From Batkoa obscura (taxonomy: Eukaryota): 64,000 nt of DNA. The position numbers and the translations under genes are program-made. Position 1 is the stretch's first letter. Each line of letters opens with the position of its first letter. Location: positions 372,001-436,000 of the forward strand of contig JASVEC010000010.1 in NCBI GenBank assembly GCA_030770535.1, written 5' to 3'. Below are positions 14,102-25,381 of the stretch, piece after piece. The notes beneath the pieces are model-generated. The model was given only the letters and a program-made list of their open reading frames with translations. It made no database searches and was not told the origin of the DNA.

Positions 14102-14735
14102 TTAAATATTAAATGGGTTATAACTAGTAGATCCGTAGGCAGGTGGGGCTTTAGCAGCTTGACTATAAAGTGGCGGTGGTAGCGTATAAGTCACTCTCTC
14201 AGTTTCATCTTGATAATATACTAACTGATCCCTCTCTCTTCTGTCCATCTCAATACGAGTAATTGTGCTTTTATTTAATTTCATATAACTTTGTTTGCTA
14301 TGAACAGATGCTAAATAATGCATTAAATACTAAAAGTTTTATTAACTTAAGACACAAAATGTAAAAAATTGAACTTACATAAACTTGAAAACTAAGAGTA
14401 GGGATAAGGAATATAAAGATAATCAATAGGTAGTAAATGGAGTACTTCTTACCTAGAAATAGATATAAAGCTCCAAAAACTACCCCAGATATTAAAGGTA
14501 AGATTAGAAATATTCGCAAGCAATAAGTACGTACTATCACTCTCTTTAATTCCTTTTTTTGATTCATGTCGCCATACATTATTATATTATAACAAGCTTC
14601 ATCAAGAGTAAATTTCAACGTGTAATGAGATTTTAATTTAAACCCGTGTGATAGACCACTAGTTGTATTAGTAAATTCTGATTGTGACATGTCATTATTG
14701 ATTGTAGGTAATTCAACAGTATTTTGTAGATTCAT
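14102..14735 (-). CDS. Two-TM PY-motif family copy B (2 exons)
   Basis: ORFs 14298..14735 and 14102..14323 join through a GTAAGT...TTTAG intron; PPPLY and PPAY motifs. Confidence 0.78.
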
Positions 14736-15237
14736 AGCCTGAATATAGTTATTGGTTAATTTTAAAATTTAAAATAAGTGAACTTTTTTTAGTAAATTAA
14801 TTAAAATTTTTTCTATATATTTAAACTGTCTGAATAAACCGAACAGATAGCTTTTTGAAACCAACCTTCTATTTATGATTTTTCTTCTATTTTACTTAAC
14901 GGTATATTAATGAAGTATTTTGCCGCAAATCGATTACGAATAGCTCTAAAAAGAATTCTTATAAGATTTATAGAAAGTTTATGAAACCATTAATATAAAT
15001 TAGAAAAAAGTAGTTAGAGTGCGAAGTCATAAAAGAGAGTAGAACTTTTTATCTATTTCTTTTCAGTGTAATAAGCTTACAAATACTTCTTTTAACTTTG
15101 AGAACTAATTTTTGTTGATAAATTAGTAGACATAAAGTGCTCTCACAACTTAGATAAATAACAACCCCTATGGTTTTTGAAGAATATCAAAACCTGTGTA
15201 GTGATAGGTCTGAATTACACCTTTATACTAACATTTT

Positions 15238-15334
15238 GGGGTGTTTTCCTTCCTTTATTACTTTTTCCATCTTTTAAGCGCTATTTGAGTGGAAAAATTG
15301 GTAGCAAAATTCTTAAATACAAAAATACATCCCC
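15238..15334. mobile_element. ~97-bp MITE copy
   Basis: GGGGTG...CATCCCC termini and family core. Confidence 0.88.
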
Positions 15335-15339
15335 AATTA

Positions 15340-16250
15340 TTAATTAGTGGATTCATAAGCAGGTGATGATTTAGCAGCTTACTATAAACTAGGAGAAGTA
15401 ACACATACATAATTTTTTAGTTCCAGATTGATGATCAATTAATTCATCTACTAATTGTTCACTTTCATCAAGCAATTTAAAACAACTATATATTTATTTA
15501 ATTTTATATAACTTTGCTTACTATAAATAAAATTCAAATAATACATTGAAAACTAAAATTTCGATTAATATATGGGGATGTGTTTTTGTGTTTAAGAATT
15601 TTACTAACAATTTTTCCGCTAAATAGCGTTCAAAAATGGAAAAAATAATGAAGTCAAAAAACACTCCCATATAGAGATGGGGATGTATTTTTGTATTTAA
15701 GAATTTTACTGACAATTTTCCACATAAATAGCGCTTAAAAAATGGAAAAATAATGAAACTAAAAAAAACAGCCCCAGATGTTTTTCTAGGTTTCATTGTT
15801 TTTTCCATTTTTTAAGCGCTATTTGAGCGGAAAGGTTGTTAGTAAATTCTTAAACAAAGGAATATATCCCATATATTATAAGATTAGCAAGAAAACTTGC
15901 GTAAAGTTGAATATTAGAACTAAGGATAAATGCTGAAAGGATAGCATATAATAGTAAATATAGTATACTTTGCCTAAATATATAAACAAAACTCCAAAGG
16001 CTACTCCCAAGAGCAAAGGTAAGGTTAAAAATAATTGAATGCAATAAATGTACATTATCACCCCTTTCAAATTTTTTAAATTCCTTGTTACCGTATATCA
16101 TTATTTTATAACAAATTTTATCAAGGTTGTGTTGAAATGTAAAAGTATTTCAATTGGAACCCATGTAACTGATCGATATTTGGATTACCAAACTATAGTT
16201 GTGATCCATTATTGGCCGTAGATAATTTGTTAGTACTCTGCAGGTTTTTA
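15340..16250 (-). pseudogene. Two-TM PY-motif family copy C, frameshifted, with a MITE stack in its intron
   Basis: Homology split between ORFs 15850..16101 and 15876..16070; decayed exon 2 (SKQSY...SPAY) at ~15345-15560. Confidence 0.7.
15574..15870. mobile_element. Stack of three ~97-bp MITEs (15574-15668; 15679-15775 nested in the terminus of 15673-15870)
   Basis: Three core matches; ATAT at both outer ends and between copies; AGAT/AGAT around the nested copy. Confidence 0.88.
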
Positions 16251-16929
16251 TACTTAGCAGATGTTACATTTGATCTGAAAACTTTTAAAACTATAAAACG
16301 ATTTTATTTTTTGTTAAATTGTAATTGTAATTGAAATTAGAATTATCTTTTCCTTCCTCTTAACAACTTGAGATCAATCAAAAAAATTGACTTCCACAAT
16401 GATGTCCTGTTTATGTACTACCTTCTATTCGGTTTAACAGCATAGTAGCAGTCAATCATTTTTACTGCAGTTTCTATCATCATTTTTAAAAAGAATATCT
16501 ATAGTTCAGTTGTGTTACAATTTCAAAATGTATAACCAAAATGGCATTCTTAATTTATAAAAGTAAAGAATAAATTTTATTAGATTATTATTTATAAAAG
16601 CCAATAGCTGATGTGATAGAAAAATATTTGTAATGCTAAGCTTTGGAATGAGGGATTTTCTTAAAGCTATAATACAATTTGAAAGGAAGCATAGCATATT
16701 TCATTACCAAAATTCCTTTTAAAACAGAAAAATTATAATACTTTTAGTCTTAGTTCTCAAGGGATATACAGTTTTATTTTTTATGGTTGTATTTGATTTT
16801 TGAGAATGTGATTTTATGAAAACATAACTTAGATATATTTGATTATGTTGCATATATCAAACCAATCTAAGCTAGTCTTCAAAAAATAGTACCGTTTTTT
16901 ATTTAGTAATGCCTTTGCCACAGTAATTC

Positions 16930-17928
16930 TTATTTTTTATTAACCGATGATTTAAACAATAAGCTGCCTTAAGTCAAATTAGTAGTTGATATTGAAAAAA
17001 TATTAAAAAGGTATTAAAAATACCATCCTTCACCTAAAAACGTAAACAAAAACCCAAGGCCGCTCCTAATAGCAAAGGTGATACCAAAAACGCATAAAGA
17101 TAATTAATACATACTATCACTCTTCTTAACTCTCTTCTTAGTTCCGTATTACTAGCTATTGTTACTTTATAATAGATTTTATCAACTCCACTTTTAATGT
17201 GTAATGATATTCTAGCTTAAACCCCTGTAGCTGACTAGTATCTAGATTAATAGATGGGGTTGCCTGAATTAGTTTCATTGTTTTATCTAGTTTTTAAATA
17301 TTTTGTATTTTAAAAACTTCGCTTAAAGTTGTACAAAATCAAATTTTTTATTAAAACAAGAGCAACCTGACACAGTTCTGAATTATTCTACTATAGTCTA
17401 TACTGTAAGTTGGTTGAGTTTCTACTAAATCTTAAATACATATGGGGATGTTTTTTTGTCTTCATTACTTTTTCCATTTTTAGGCACCATTTGAGTGGAA
17501 AGATTATTAGCAAAATTCTTAACCGAAAAATACATCCCCATATTCTTATAAAACTTTATTGAGAAATACTCATTATCGACTGCTTTATAGCCAACATTGT
17601 AGATTTGTTATCAAATAAATAAACTATTTTAATCTTATAATTACATTATTAATATATTTTTAAGTGTGAAATCTGGTACTCAGTGTTTGGAGTCAAAAAC
17701 AGCTATTGTATTGAAATTTTCAAAAATTCCATTCCGAAGTTTAGTTATGAAAGTTTTAAATAAAGAGATTTAATTTTAGGCTTTTTAGATTTAACCGTCA
17801 CATTAGACACAAATTCAAAAATAAAATTTGGATTAATTTCTAAGTAAAGTCTAAAACTAATTTGGACAACCCCATATCTATAAATAGGGTTGTTTTAGCT
17901 TATAGGCTGTAGTTTGTATATCAACTCA
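16930..17928 (-). pseudogene. Two-TM PY-motif family copy D, disrupted by the 618-bp MITE and by stops/frameshifts
   Basis: Minus strand 17040-17250 reads LQGFKLEYHYT..VDKIYYKV...LRRELRRVIV...FLVSPLLLG, homologous to copies A, B and E. Confidence 0.65.
17256..17873. mobile_element. 618-bp non-autonomous TIR element with a nested ~97-bp MITE (17444-17539)
   Basis: ~20-bp TIR GGGGTTGYCTRAATTAGTTT / AAACTAATTTRGACAACCCC; near-identical to 24347-24964. Confidence 0.92.
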
Positions 17929-18071
17929 TTGGATTAGTTTTGCTGCTAAGAACAATAATGTCCATTGTATTTAAATATTTTAAATATTCTATTATCATTT
18001 TTACATACTAATGTTAGAACAACAGGCTATGTTAAGGATGTTTATTATTATTTATTTTTCGAATAGTATAT

Positions 18072-18168
18072 GAGGATGTATTTTTAGGTTTAACAATTTT
18101 ATTAACAATTCTCCACTTAAACAGCGCTTAAAAGATAGAAAAGGTGATGAAGCCAAAAAAGCACACCC
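18072..18168. mobile_element. ~97-bp MITE copy
   Basis: GAGGATG...CACCC, family core. Confidence 0.85.
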
Positions 18169-18247
18169 ATACAATAAATGAAAAGGCTAATTACCAAACA
18201 ACTAAAATAATTATTTACAAAACTAAAAGATATTAATAAGTGGCGGA

Positions 18248-18878
18248 CTAATAACCAGGTGGAGCATTAACAGCCTGACTATAATTTGGTGGTGACAGAG
18301 TACAGTTTATACCTTCAGCTTGAGGTTGATATCTTACCCTTACAACTTCCAATTGATAACTTGCCCTTTCATTAGCTTCCAAATATGGAATCTGGCGTTT
18401 ATTTAATTTCAAATAAGTTCCAGTATCATGTATCGATCTTAGGTAATGAATCAAAAGCTAAAAATTTGATCAACAAAATAATGATCAATTTTGATAGTAT
18501 TACGTAAATTTGAATGCTAGTACTAATGAAGAACCCAAGGAAGATAACTAAGGAGTAATAAGGATAAAGCACTCGACCTAGGAAAATATATGCAGCCTCA
18601 AACAACACACCGAATACCAAAGGTAACACCAAAAATACTCGAATAATATATGTACAAATCAGGGCTCTTTTAAATTCTTTTCTTAGCTTATTATCACCAT
18701 AAAGCATTACTTTATAACAGACTTGATCAAGGCTATGCTTGAAAGTATAATGCGATTCTAAATGAAAATCATGTAAATAGCTTATGTTTCTATTTCTGGA
18801 TCCCGATAGTATTCTATTATCATTCACTATAAATAATTGATTAATAGTTAGTGGAATTATGATTTGATTTGAGATCAT
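18248..18878 (-). CDS. Two-TM PY-motif family copy E (2 exons)
   Basis: ORFs 18426..18878 and 18248..18454 join through an intron at the same position as in copies A and B; PPNY and PPGY motifs. Confidence 0.75.
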
Positions 18879-19099
18879 TACTTATTTACAGACTATGAAG
18901 ATAAGAATCTGATTTTTCATAAATTAAAAAACGAATTCTTTTTTTTTTGCTTTTTTAATGTTTGATAGTTTTAGTATTTTATAAGTGATGACCATAACAC
19001 AAATTGTTTTGTATTTTTTTCGCATCTTTGTTTTGTTTACACATCATAATCGTGATCACTTGACAATCAGTTAATCCCCTATACTTCTAAATTAGACCA

Positions 19100-20880
19100 T
19101 CCCTTCTATTTCATTTACTTGAAAGGACTGCATATTCTCAATTTTCACGTAGATTTGTAAATTGTTCACAAACTTTTTACAAACCAAACTATACTTCCAA
19201 AGGATACATAGTTGACATACACCTATTTATATTCTGTTTTTATCTTCCTTCATAAAACTAGACCATTTACTCTTGAAACGATTTCTATTTTTTTAATAAC
19301 GGATGGTTCAAATTTGAGTATACCTTGCCCTTAACTTTTAAATTATAAAAAATATCATTGATTGTGTTTATAATAGTAGCATTTTAGTAATCTTATAATC
19401 ACTAGCACTATTTATCATCTATAAATACTTGGCTTGTTTCAATCATTGACTTTAATTTATTGTAGTGGATAGTATTTGTCAATGTCAATTTAAAGAAACT
19501 TATTCGCAGTAAGTTAAAGTTTCTTAATAAAATTTTATAGTTTTGTAATTATTTTTAAAATTTCATGGCTTATTTAAATATATCAATATCATATTGTTCA
19601 TAATCATGAATACATCTTAGTGTATAAAATCATATTCATAGCTCTCAACAATCCGGTCACTTTCTTTTATTATCATTTTAGTATAATTTACTATAGACAT
19701 TATCGTATCTATTACAATTGAATAGAAAATACGGACATCATTATCAATATCAGTAGCAACACTATAAGCATTCTATAGATGCAAATATGTATTGTTTCTC
19801 TTTTTAGTTCTTCTTTTAATCCAGTATGACCATTCATCATTATTTATAAAAACTCAACCAAAACTATTATTTGAAGTGCAATGGAACTTCAAAGTAAAAC
19901 TTTTACAAAAAGTCATAATCCCGTTAATATATTCTAATGGCGGATCATTATACCTATTCTAGACTGTGCAGCAGCATTTGATAGAACTCTAGTTTTATTT
20001 GACATTGTCAATCGTTTGTTGACTTTAGAATATGGGCTTTCATCAAGTTGGTCTAAAAGTTATTGACATTTGACCAACATCGCTTAAAGTACGAAACGAT
20101 TGTACTTTTTATGAATAGCAGCTTGATCCTTATTATTATTTGATTTAATAGCATCCCATTTACAACACAATCACTTGAATACCAACTTATTGTCAAGAAT
20201 TCTAAAAATAACCCATTCTTACTATTTTTTAAAGAGCTCAGTATATAAATAGCACTAATTTTTTGATAGGTTTATAAAATATTCATTTGTTTATTTTCGA
20301 CAACAAAAAGCTATTATAAAAAAAGCAAAGTCATGATACTTATACTTAAATTTAAATGTATTTGAAATCCCGCCTTTTTTCTCATAAGCCATAAAATTTG
20401 TTTTCAAAGCGTCCTTTGTTTTTTTAATAGTTGGTATTAAAAAACTGATTTGCATATTGTTATTTCTTCTTGAAAAAATCTGCAACCAAACCCGGGTTAT
20501 TTTCTTCCCAAGATCCATGATTCCTAGTAATAAATGAATATATTATCTATATTATTCCGTAACGATATTGTTGGCTACTTTGTAGTTTACAATCTGGTTC
20601 TTCCACATTTCGAATTTTTTTTAGTGAAAAGTCTTCTTGAAATGAACTCTACTTCAATAAGTATTTTATAAATCTAAAAAAACAGAAATCGCTTTTTACA
20701 AGAGCTCTTTTAATCTAATCACTTCTGTTGCTATGATAATTTGATCTTTTTTAATTCCATTATTTGATGCTTGATCAATAAACACTGCTTTCTATAGGTG
20801 TTTCCAAAATAATTATAACTCCTTCGACCACTCAATTTTATTTTTTACAAATCTACTTTTTTTAATATTGGTTAGTTTAA
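19100..20880 (-). pseudogene. Decayed coding relic; the upstream part (~20400-20880) weakly resembles a Myb/SANT-like ORF of PIF/Harbinger-type elements
   Basis: Fragments KIEWSKEL*LFWKHL*KAVFIDQASNNGIKKDQ and GSWEENNPGLVADFFKKK; many stops and frameshifts; weak resemblance only. Confidence 0.25.
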
Positions 20881-20928
20881 AGACAGTTCAATTTTTAGCC
20901 AAGTTAAATTTTAGTAAGAACTCCAAAT

Positions 20929-21026
20929 GGGGATGTATTTTTGTATTTAAGAATTTTACTAACAATTTTTCCACTCAAGTAGTGCTTAAAAGATGGAAAA
21001 AGTAATAAAGCCAAAAAAACATTCCC
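20929..21026. mobile_element. ~97-bp MITE copy
   Basis: GGGGATG...CATTCCC, AAAT/AAAT duplication. Confidence 0.92.
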
Positions 21027-21775
21027 AAATTAAGCACAAAATGCTACAAATTTTTTTGCTTTTTTGCTTAATTTTAAAGCTACTTATGAGAACATTTTTC
21101 ATTAAGATTTTTTCAAAAAATTCACACTATATAAAGAATGGAAAATTTTGTCCTTAATTTCAACTAAGCTTTTAAACTTACTCATATTATACATTGATAA
21201 AAAAACAGTCTTAGAATAATAGTCACTGCTTTCATCAGAATTTGTTACATAACTATAAATTTCTGCCTTTTTGTTGTTAGTTTTTGAACCATTTTTAGCA
21301 TTTAAGAACATTAATTTATTTTTATAATGTTATAAGTTATATTGGTTATTAAAATTAATTAAACTAAAACATTTTAAATACTTTTGATATAAACAAATAT
21401 TAATCTATTAATGTCATTGATTGAGTTGACAGCATGATAACTGGTCTTGAAATAAAGCAATTTTAAATATAAAATTGATATGAAAGTTTCGTACTATTAG
21501 TTATGTTGAAAAAGTCAAACTATTAAAAAGAAAGCAAGTCTATTTTGCAATATAGATACAATTTTGATTAAAACAAGTATAACCTCCATTTTTTCCCGAA
21601 ATTTCACAAATTGAATCACAACTCAATCAAAGTTCTAGAAAAAACATAAATTTAGTCAATTAATTAGTTGAACTTAAAGTAGTAATTACACTCAATGTTT
21701 ATAAAGCATATAAAGCCTCATAGACCCCATTCTGTTTCCCAACTTTAATAACGTTATTTGTGGATCAAATAAACG

Positions 21776-22450
21776 ATGAAACTTTGGGTGTTATTACCGT
21801 TCTTAAACTTCATATTAACATTCAACACTCGCTCCCTGCTGCTTGAATCTATCAATGAAAAGCGAGCAGTTGCTAGCTTAACTCCATTAGTTGAAGATCC
21901 TAAATTAACCAAGATAGCTTCAGCTCACTGTCTAAACTTACAAGATTATTCAAAAGATATAGACCATAACTGGTATGGCAGCTATGAGTGTAGTTACTCC
22001 AACAACAATGGATGTAAACAAGTGGTGGATACAATTTCGGGGTACAAGGGAAATACTACTGAATTAATTTATGTTAAAAATGAGAGTGGAACTTTAGAGT
22101 CCAAAGAGAGTGATATTGTAACTCAAAAAAAATGGTCAGGTATTGGGGTAGTTTCTATTAATGATTGCAATATTGTATGGTTGGGAGACCAAGCAGTAGA
22201 AAATATAAATACAAATATAGATACGGACCAAAACGGAAATGAAAATAAAGTCCAAAAGAATGAAGGCAGTAGTTTTGGTAAAGCTGCTAACTTAATTGGG
22301 TCAAAGATAGATTTCGGAAATTTTGGCAAAGTAACTCCCTTGTCTTCAAATACAGAAAATGACACTGGCGGTTCATGGTTCGATACTGATTTTGAGCTGC
22401 CTAAAGGAGTTGATATCCAGTTAAGGAAAGGACGCAATACTAAATATTAA
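21776..22450 (+). CDS. Secreted CAP/SCP-domain protein, intronless
   Basis: Signal peptide MKLWVLLPFLNFILT; LLESINEKRAVASLTPLVEDPKLTKIASAH (CAP N-terminus); WSGIGV...VWLG. Confidence 0.75.
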   Translation: MKLWVLLPFLNFILTFNTRSLLLESINEKRAVASLTPLVEDPKLTKIASAHCLNLQDYSKDIDHNWYGSYECSYSNNNGCKQVVDTISGYKGNTTELIYVKNESGTLESKESDIVTQKKWSGIGVVSINDCNIVWLGDQAVENINTNIDTDQNGNENKVQKNEGSSFGKAANLIGSKIDFGNFGKVTPLSSNTENDTGGSWFDTDFELPKGVDIQLRKGRNTKY

Positions 22451-23047
22451 GTTTAAAATAAATAAACTTAGCTATAAATTATATGTACTATTTCGCTTTC
22501 CTCTTCAAATGTCAAATTAACAATGATTTGATAAGTTGAATAATTTTAAAATTAAGCATAGCAGTAGCTTTAAAAGCAGAGCATTTAACTAATAAACTAA
22601 CTTTATCTATGCTTTGTTCCAAAAGAATTAAACACTTTCTATTCTTTAGATCCATCAATCAAATATTTTATTAAAAATATAGTACTTCAAGTAACAAATG
22701 GAATAACATCATTAATCATACACTCTTCTCTCACTTTAATAGAACAATTTAGAGTACATAACATTTAAATAAGGTCTTGTTTAATAAATTTTTGATAGTC
22801 AAGGTTTTACTATCGAGAATATTATTAAAACAATAAAAATTAAAAGCAACTACATAAAACTCAACGAAAGAAAACAATTCAGTGGCATTATTAAATCTTC
22901 AATTCTATTTAATGGGGAATGAGGCCCTGTTGCTAATTTATTTAGTCTAACATTTATACTTTGTGAAATATGCCGCAGTCTATATTTTAACTCTTTAGAA
23001 TGATTTAGATGCTTACCAACTTCGTTTAGTGTAATGACAAGTAACTG

Positions 23048-23630
23048 TTAAATACATGATAGGGTGAATATAATATCTGAAAACTGGATAAAAAATTCAT
23101 TTAAAACCAAACATAATGTACAATGAATATCAAGTGAACTTAAATTAATGCTGCTGAGCCTAAGATTATACTCTGGTTTTGGTATTTTGAATTGCAACAC
23201 TGTTGCATCATATTCCGATATTAAGTTAGACATTGAACCAAAAACAAAGACCTGATACGCTAGCTCTCTCTATACTTAGTTTACAATTGGATTTATATAC
23301 TTTATTTACCCCAATAGTCCCTGTGATTCTTTTACCAATGATTAATAATATGGCATGCTTGCTATTAACATAGGGAGAACCTTTAAGACGAATTAGAATA
23401 AGAGCAATGGCTTTTAGGCTAGAGAAAGAGATGGGATTATTACTAGGATTATTAAAATCGAGGCTAACATAACAATTGACTTAATTCAAAAGTTTAGTTA
23501 ACAGCTTGGTTTTTGGTGACCAAGTTAAACCACGAACTAAGATAATCAGTTTTAGATTAACATGTAAAGAATCAAAATCGATTTTTTTTCTGTAAACAAT
23601 GCTAAACACTTTCCATCTACTTTCAATAAA
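23048..23630 (-). pseudogene. Decayed ORF of unknown family
   Basis: One ~195-codon frame, in frame with ORF 23048..23233, with only five internal stops, all TAA/TAG. Confidence 0.35.
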
Positions 23631-24346
23631 TAACTTTAAAATTATATCAAAAAATTGTCAATTCATACCATTGCTAATCAATCAACCAATCATCTATAGC
23701 TATAGCTCTCTTATACCTATATATATTCTAAAATAAGCTAAGATACCTTCAACTCTTTATTTTCATTTTTTGTGTTTAAACACTGTAAAATATTTAAAAT
23801 ATTGTCCATATGTATTGCAAGGATGTAACGTTGTAGACTTTGTTTCATTGAAATTTTTGAGATTTAATTAAGTAACTTGACTTTTATCTCTCTTAAGTAC
23901 ATATCCAATAAAGCCATTTTGAAAACGCGCTTTATATGTCCTATTGATAGGATAAAGGGATTATGTTGAGTTTTTCCCTTATTTCTCTTGTTGACAAAAT
24001 GGATCATGAGTCAAATCTAAATCTAAATACAAAATATAGCACTGTAAAATATTTTCAAATTTCTAATTATCATATGGGATCGCCAGAAAACTAAAGGCTA
24101 AAAAGAAGGATTAATCAAGTTCCCTGGGTAATCGAAGAATCAATCCAACAAAAACTGTGCTTGGATTAAAGTGATATCTTTTGACTATTCTAGTTATAGA
24201 TGTCATCTAAAAAGCTTAACTTTATTGATATTTTTTAACAATATAAAAAAGTATCCACCCCTTTTTTATGTTGAGAATTTTCATTCTTGTTAAGCCCACA
24301 TGTAGAATTCTTAGCTACCATCCCCTCCCTTATTTTTTTTAATATT

Positions 24347-24964
24347 GGGGTTGTCTAAATTAGTTTCATTGTTTTATCTAGTTTTTAAATATTTTGTATT
24401 TTAAAAACTTCGCTTAAAGTTGTACAAAATCAAATTTTTTATTAAAACAAGAGCAACCTGACACAGTTCTGAATTATTCTACTATAGTCTATACTGTAAG
24501 TTGGTTGAGTTTCTACTAAATCTTAAATACATATGGGGATGTTTTTTTGTCTTCATTACTTTTTCCATTTTTAGGCACCATTTGAGTGGAAAGATTATTA
24601 GCAAAATTCTTAACCGAAAAATACATCCCCATATTCTTATAAAACTTTATTGAGAAATACTCATTATCGACTGCTTTATAGCCAACATTGTAGATTTGTT
24701 ATCAAATAAATAAACTATTTTAATCTTATAATTACATTATTAATATATTTTTAAGTGTGAAATCTGGTACTCAGTGTTTGGAGTCAAAAACAGCTATTGT
24801 ATTGAAATTTTCAAAAATTCCATTCCGAAGTTTAGTTATGAAAGTTTTAAATAAAGAGATTTAATTTTAGGCTTTTTAGATTTAACCGTCACATTAGACA
24901 CAAATTCAAAAATAAAATTTGGATTAATTTCTAAGTAAAGTCTAAAACTAATTTAGACAACCCC
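24347..24964. mobile_element. 618-bp non-autonomous TIR element, second copy, with a nested ~97-bp MITE (24535-24630)
   Basis: Perfect 20-bp TIR GGGGTTGTCTAAATTAGTTT; near-identical to 17256-17873. Confidence 0.93.
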
Positions 24965-25203
24965 ATATAGTTAATCTTTTTAATTATTCAAAAACAATAA
25001 AACAATTATAACAAGTCTTTTAAATTTAGTTAATTGTATATTAAAGAGTTATAAATTTAAAATAAATTCTGAAACTAACTTAAATATTCCTGTATAGTAG
25101 ATTATTATAATACTTTTATTTGGAAAAATTATATTTAATAGTTAATAATATTATTATATAAATATTAAATTTTTATTTTATATATTCAATTTACGTATTA
25201 TAT

Positions 25204-25381
25204 GGGGATGTATTCTTTCTTTAAGAATTTGAGTGGAAAAATTGTTAGTAAAATTCTTAAATATAAAAATACATTCCCATATGGGGGTGTTTTTTTTGGG
25301 TTCATTATTTTTTTCATCTTTTAAGCACTATTTGAGCGGAAAAATTGTTAATAAAATTCTTAAACACAAAAATACATCCCC
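25204..25381. mobile_element. Two abutting small MITEs (25204-25278 rearranged; 25283-25381) sharing an ATAT
   Basis: Core matches; ATAT at left, middle and right. Confidence 0.85.

Noticed and set aside
15521..15808. 95-aa ORF with an internal repeat (and similar ORFs 25233..25460, 52310..52684, 53390..53572)
   Set aside because: These are translations of adjacent MITE copies, not genes
15574..15870. CRISPR-like or satellite array
   Set aside because: Units are ~97 bp, in mixed orientation, with TIRs and target duplications; there are no regular spacers or cas genes, and the DNA is eukaryotic
16515..16697. Short AT-rich ORFs (also 21102..21311, 61610..61876)
   Set aside because: Composition is typical of random AT-rich DNA, with no motif, paralogue or splice support
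17440..17543. Reading the small MITE as a TA-targeting Tc1/mariner element
   Set aside because: TA fits only the ATAT-flanked copies; copies flanked by AAAT, ATTT, TAAT and AGAT require a 4-bp duplication
22123..22437. Antisense or overlapping ORFs (also 6869..7075, 26401..26619, 31930..32247, 32599..32793, 40081..40263, 42441..42626, 43708..43929, 43959..44192, 46258..46533)
   Set aside because: Shadows of real coding sequence on another frame or strand, with no independent support
23048..23630. Alternative genetic code (TAA/TAG = Gln)
   Set aside because: Conserved genes in the window end in TAA/TAG and their recognisable exons lack internal TAR codons
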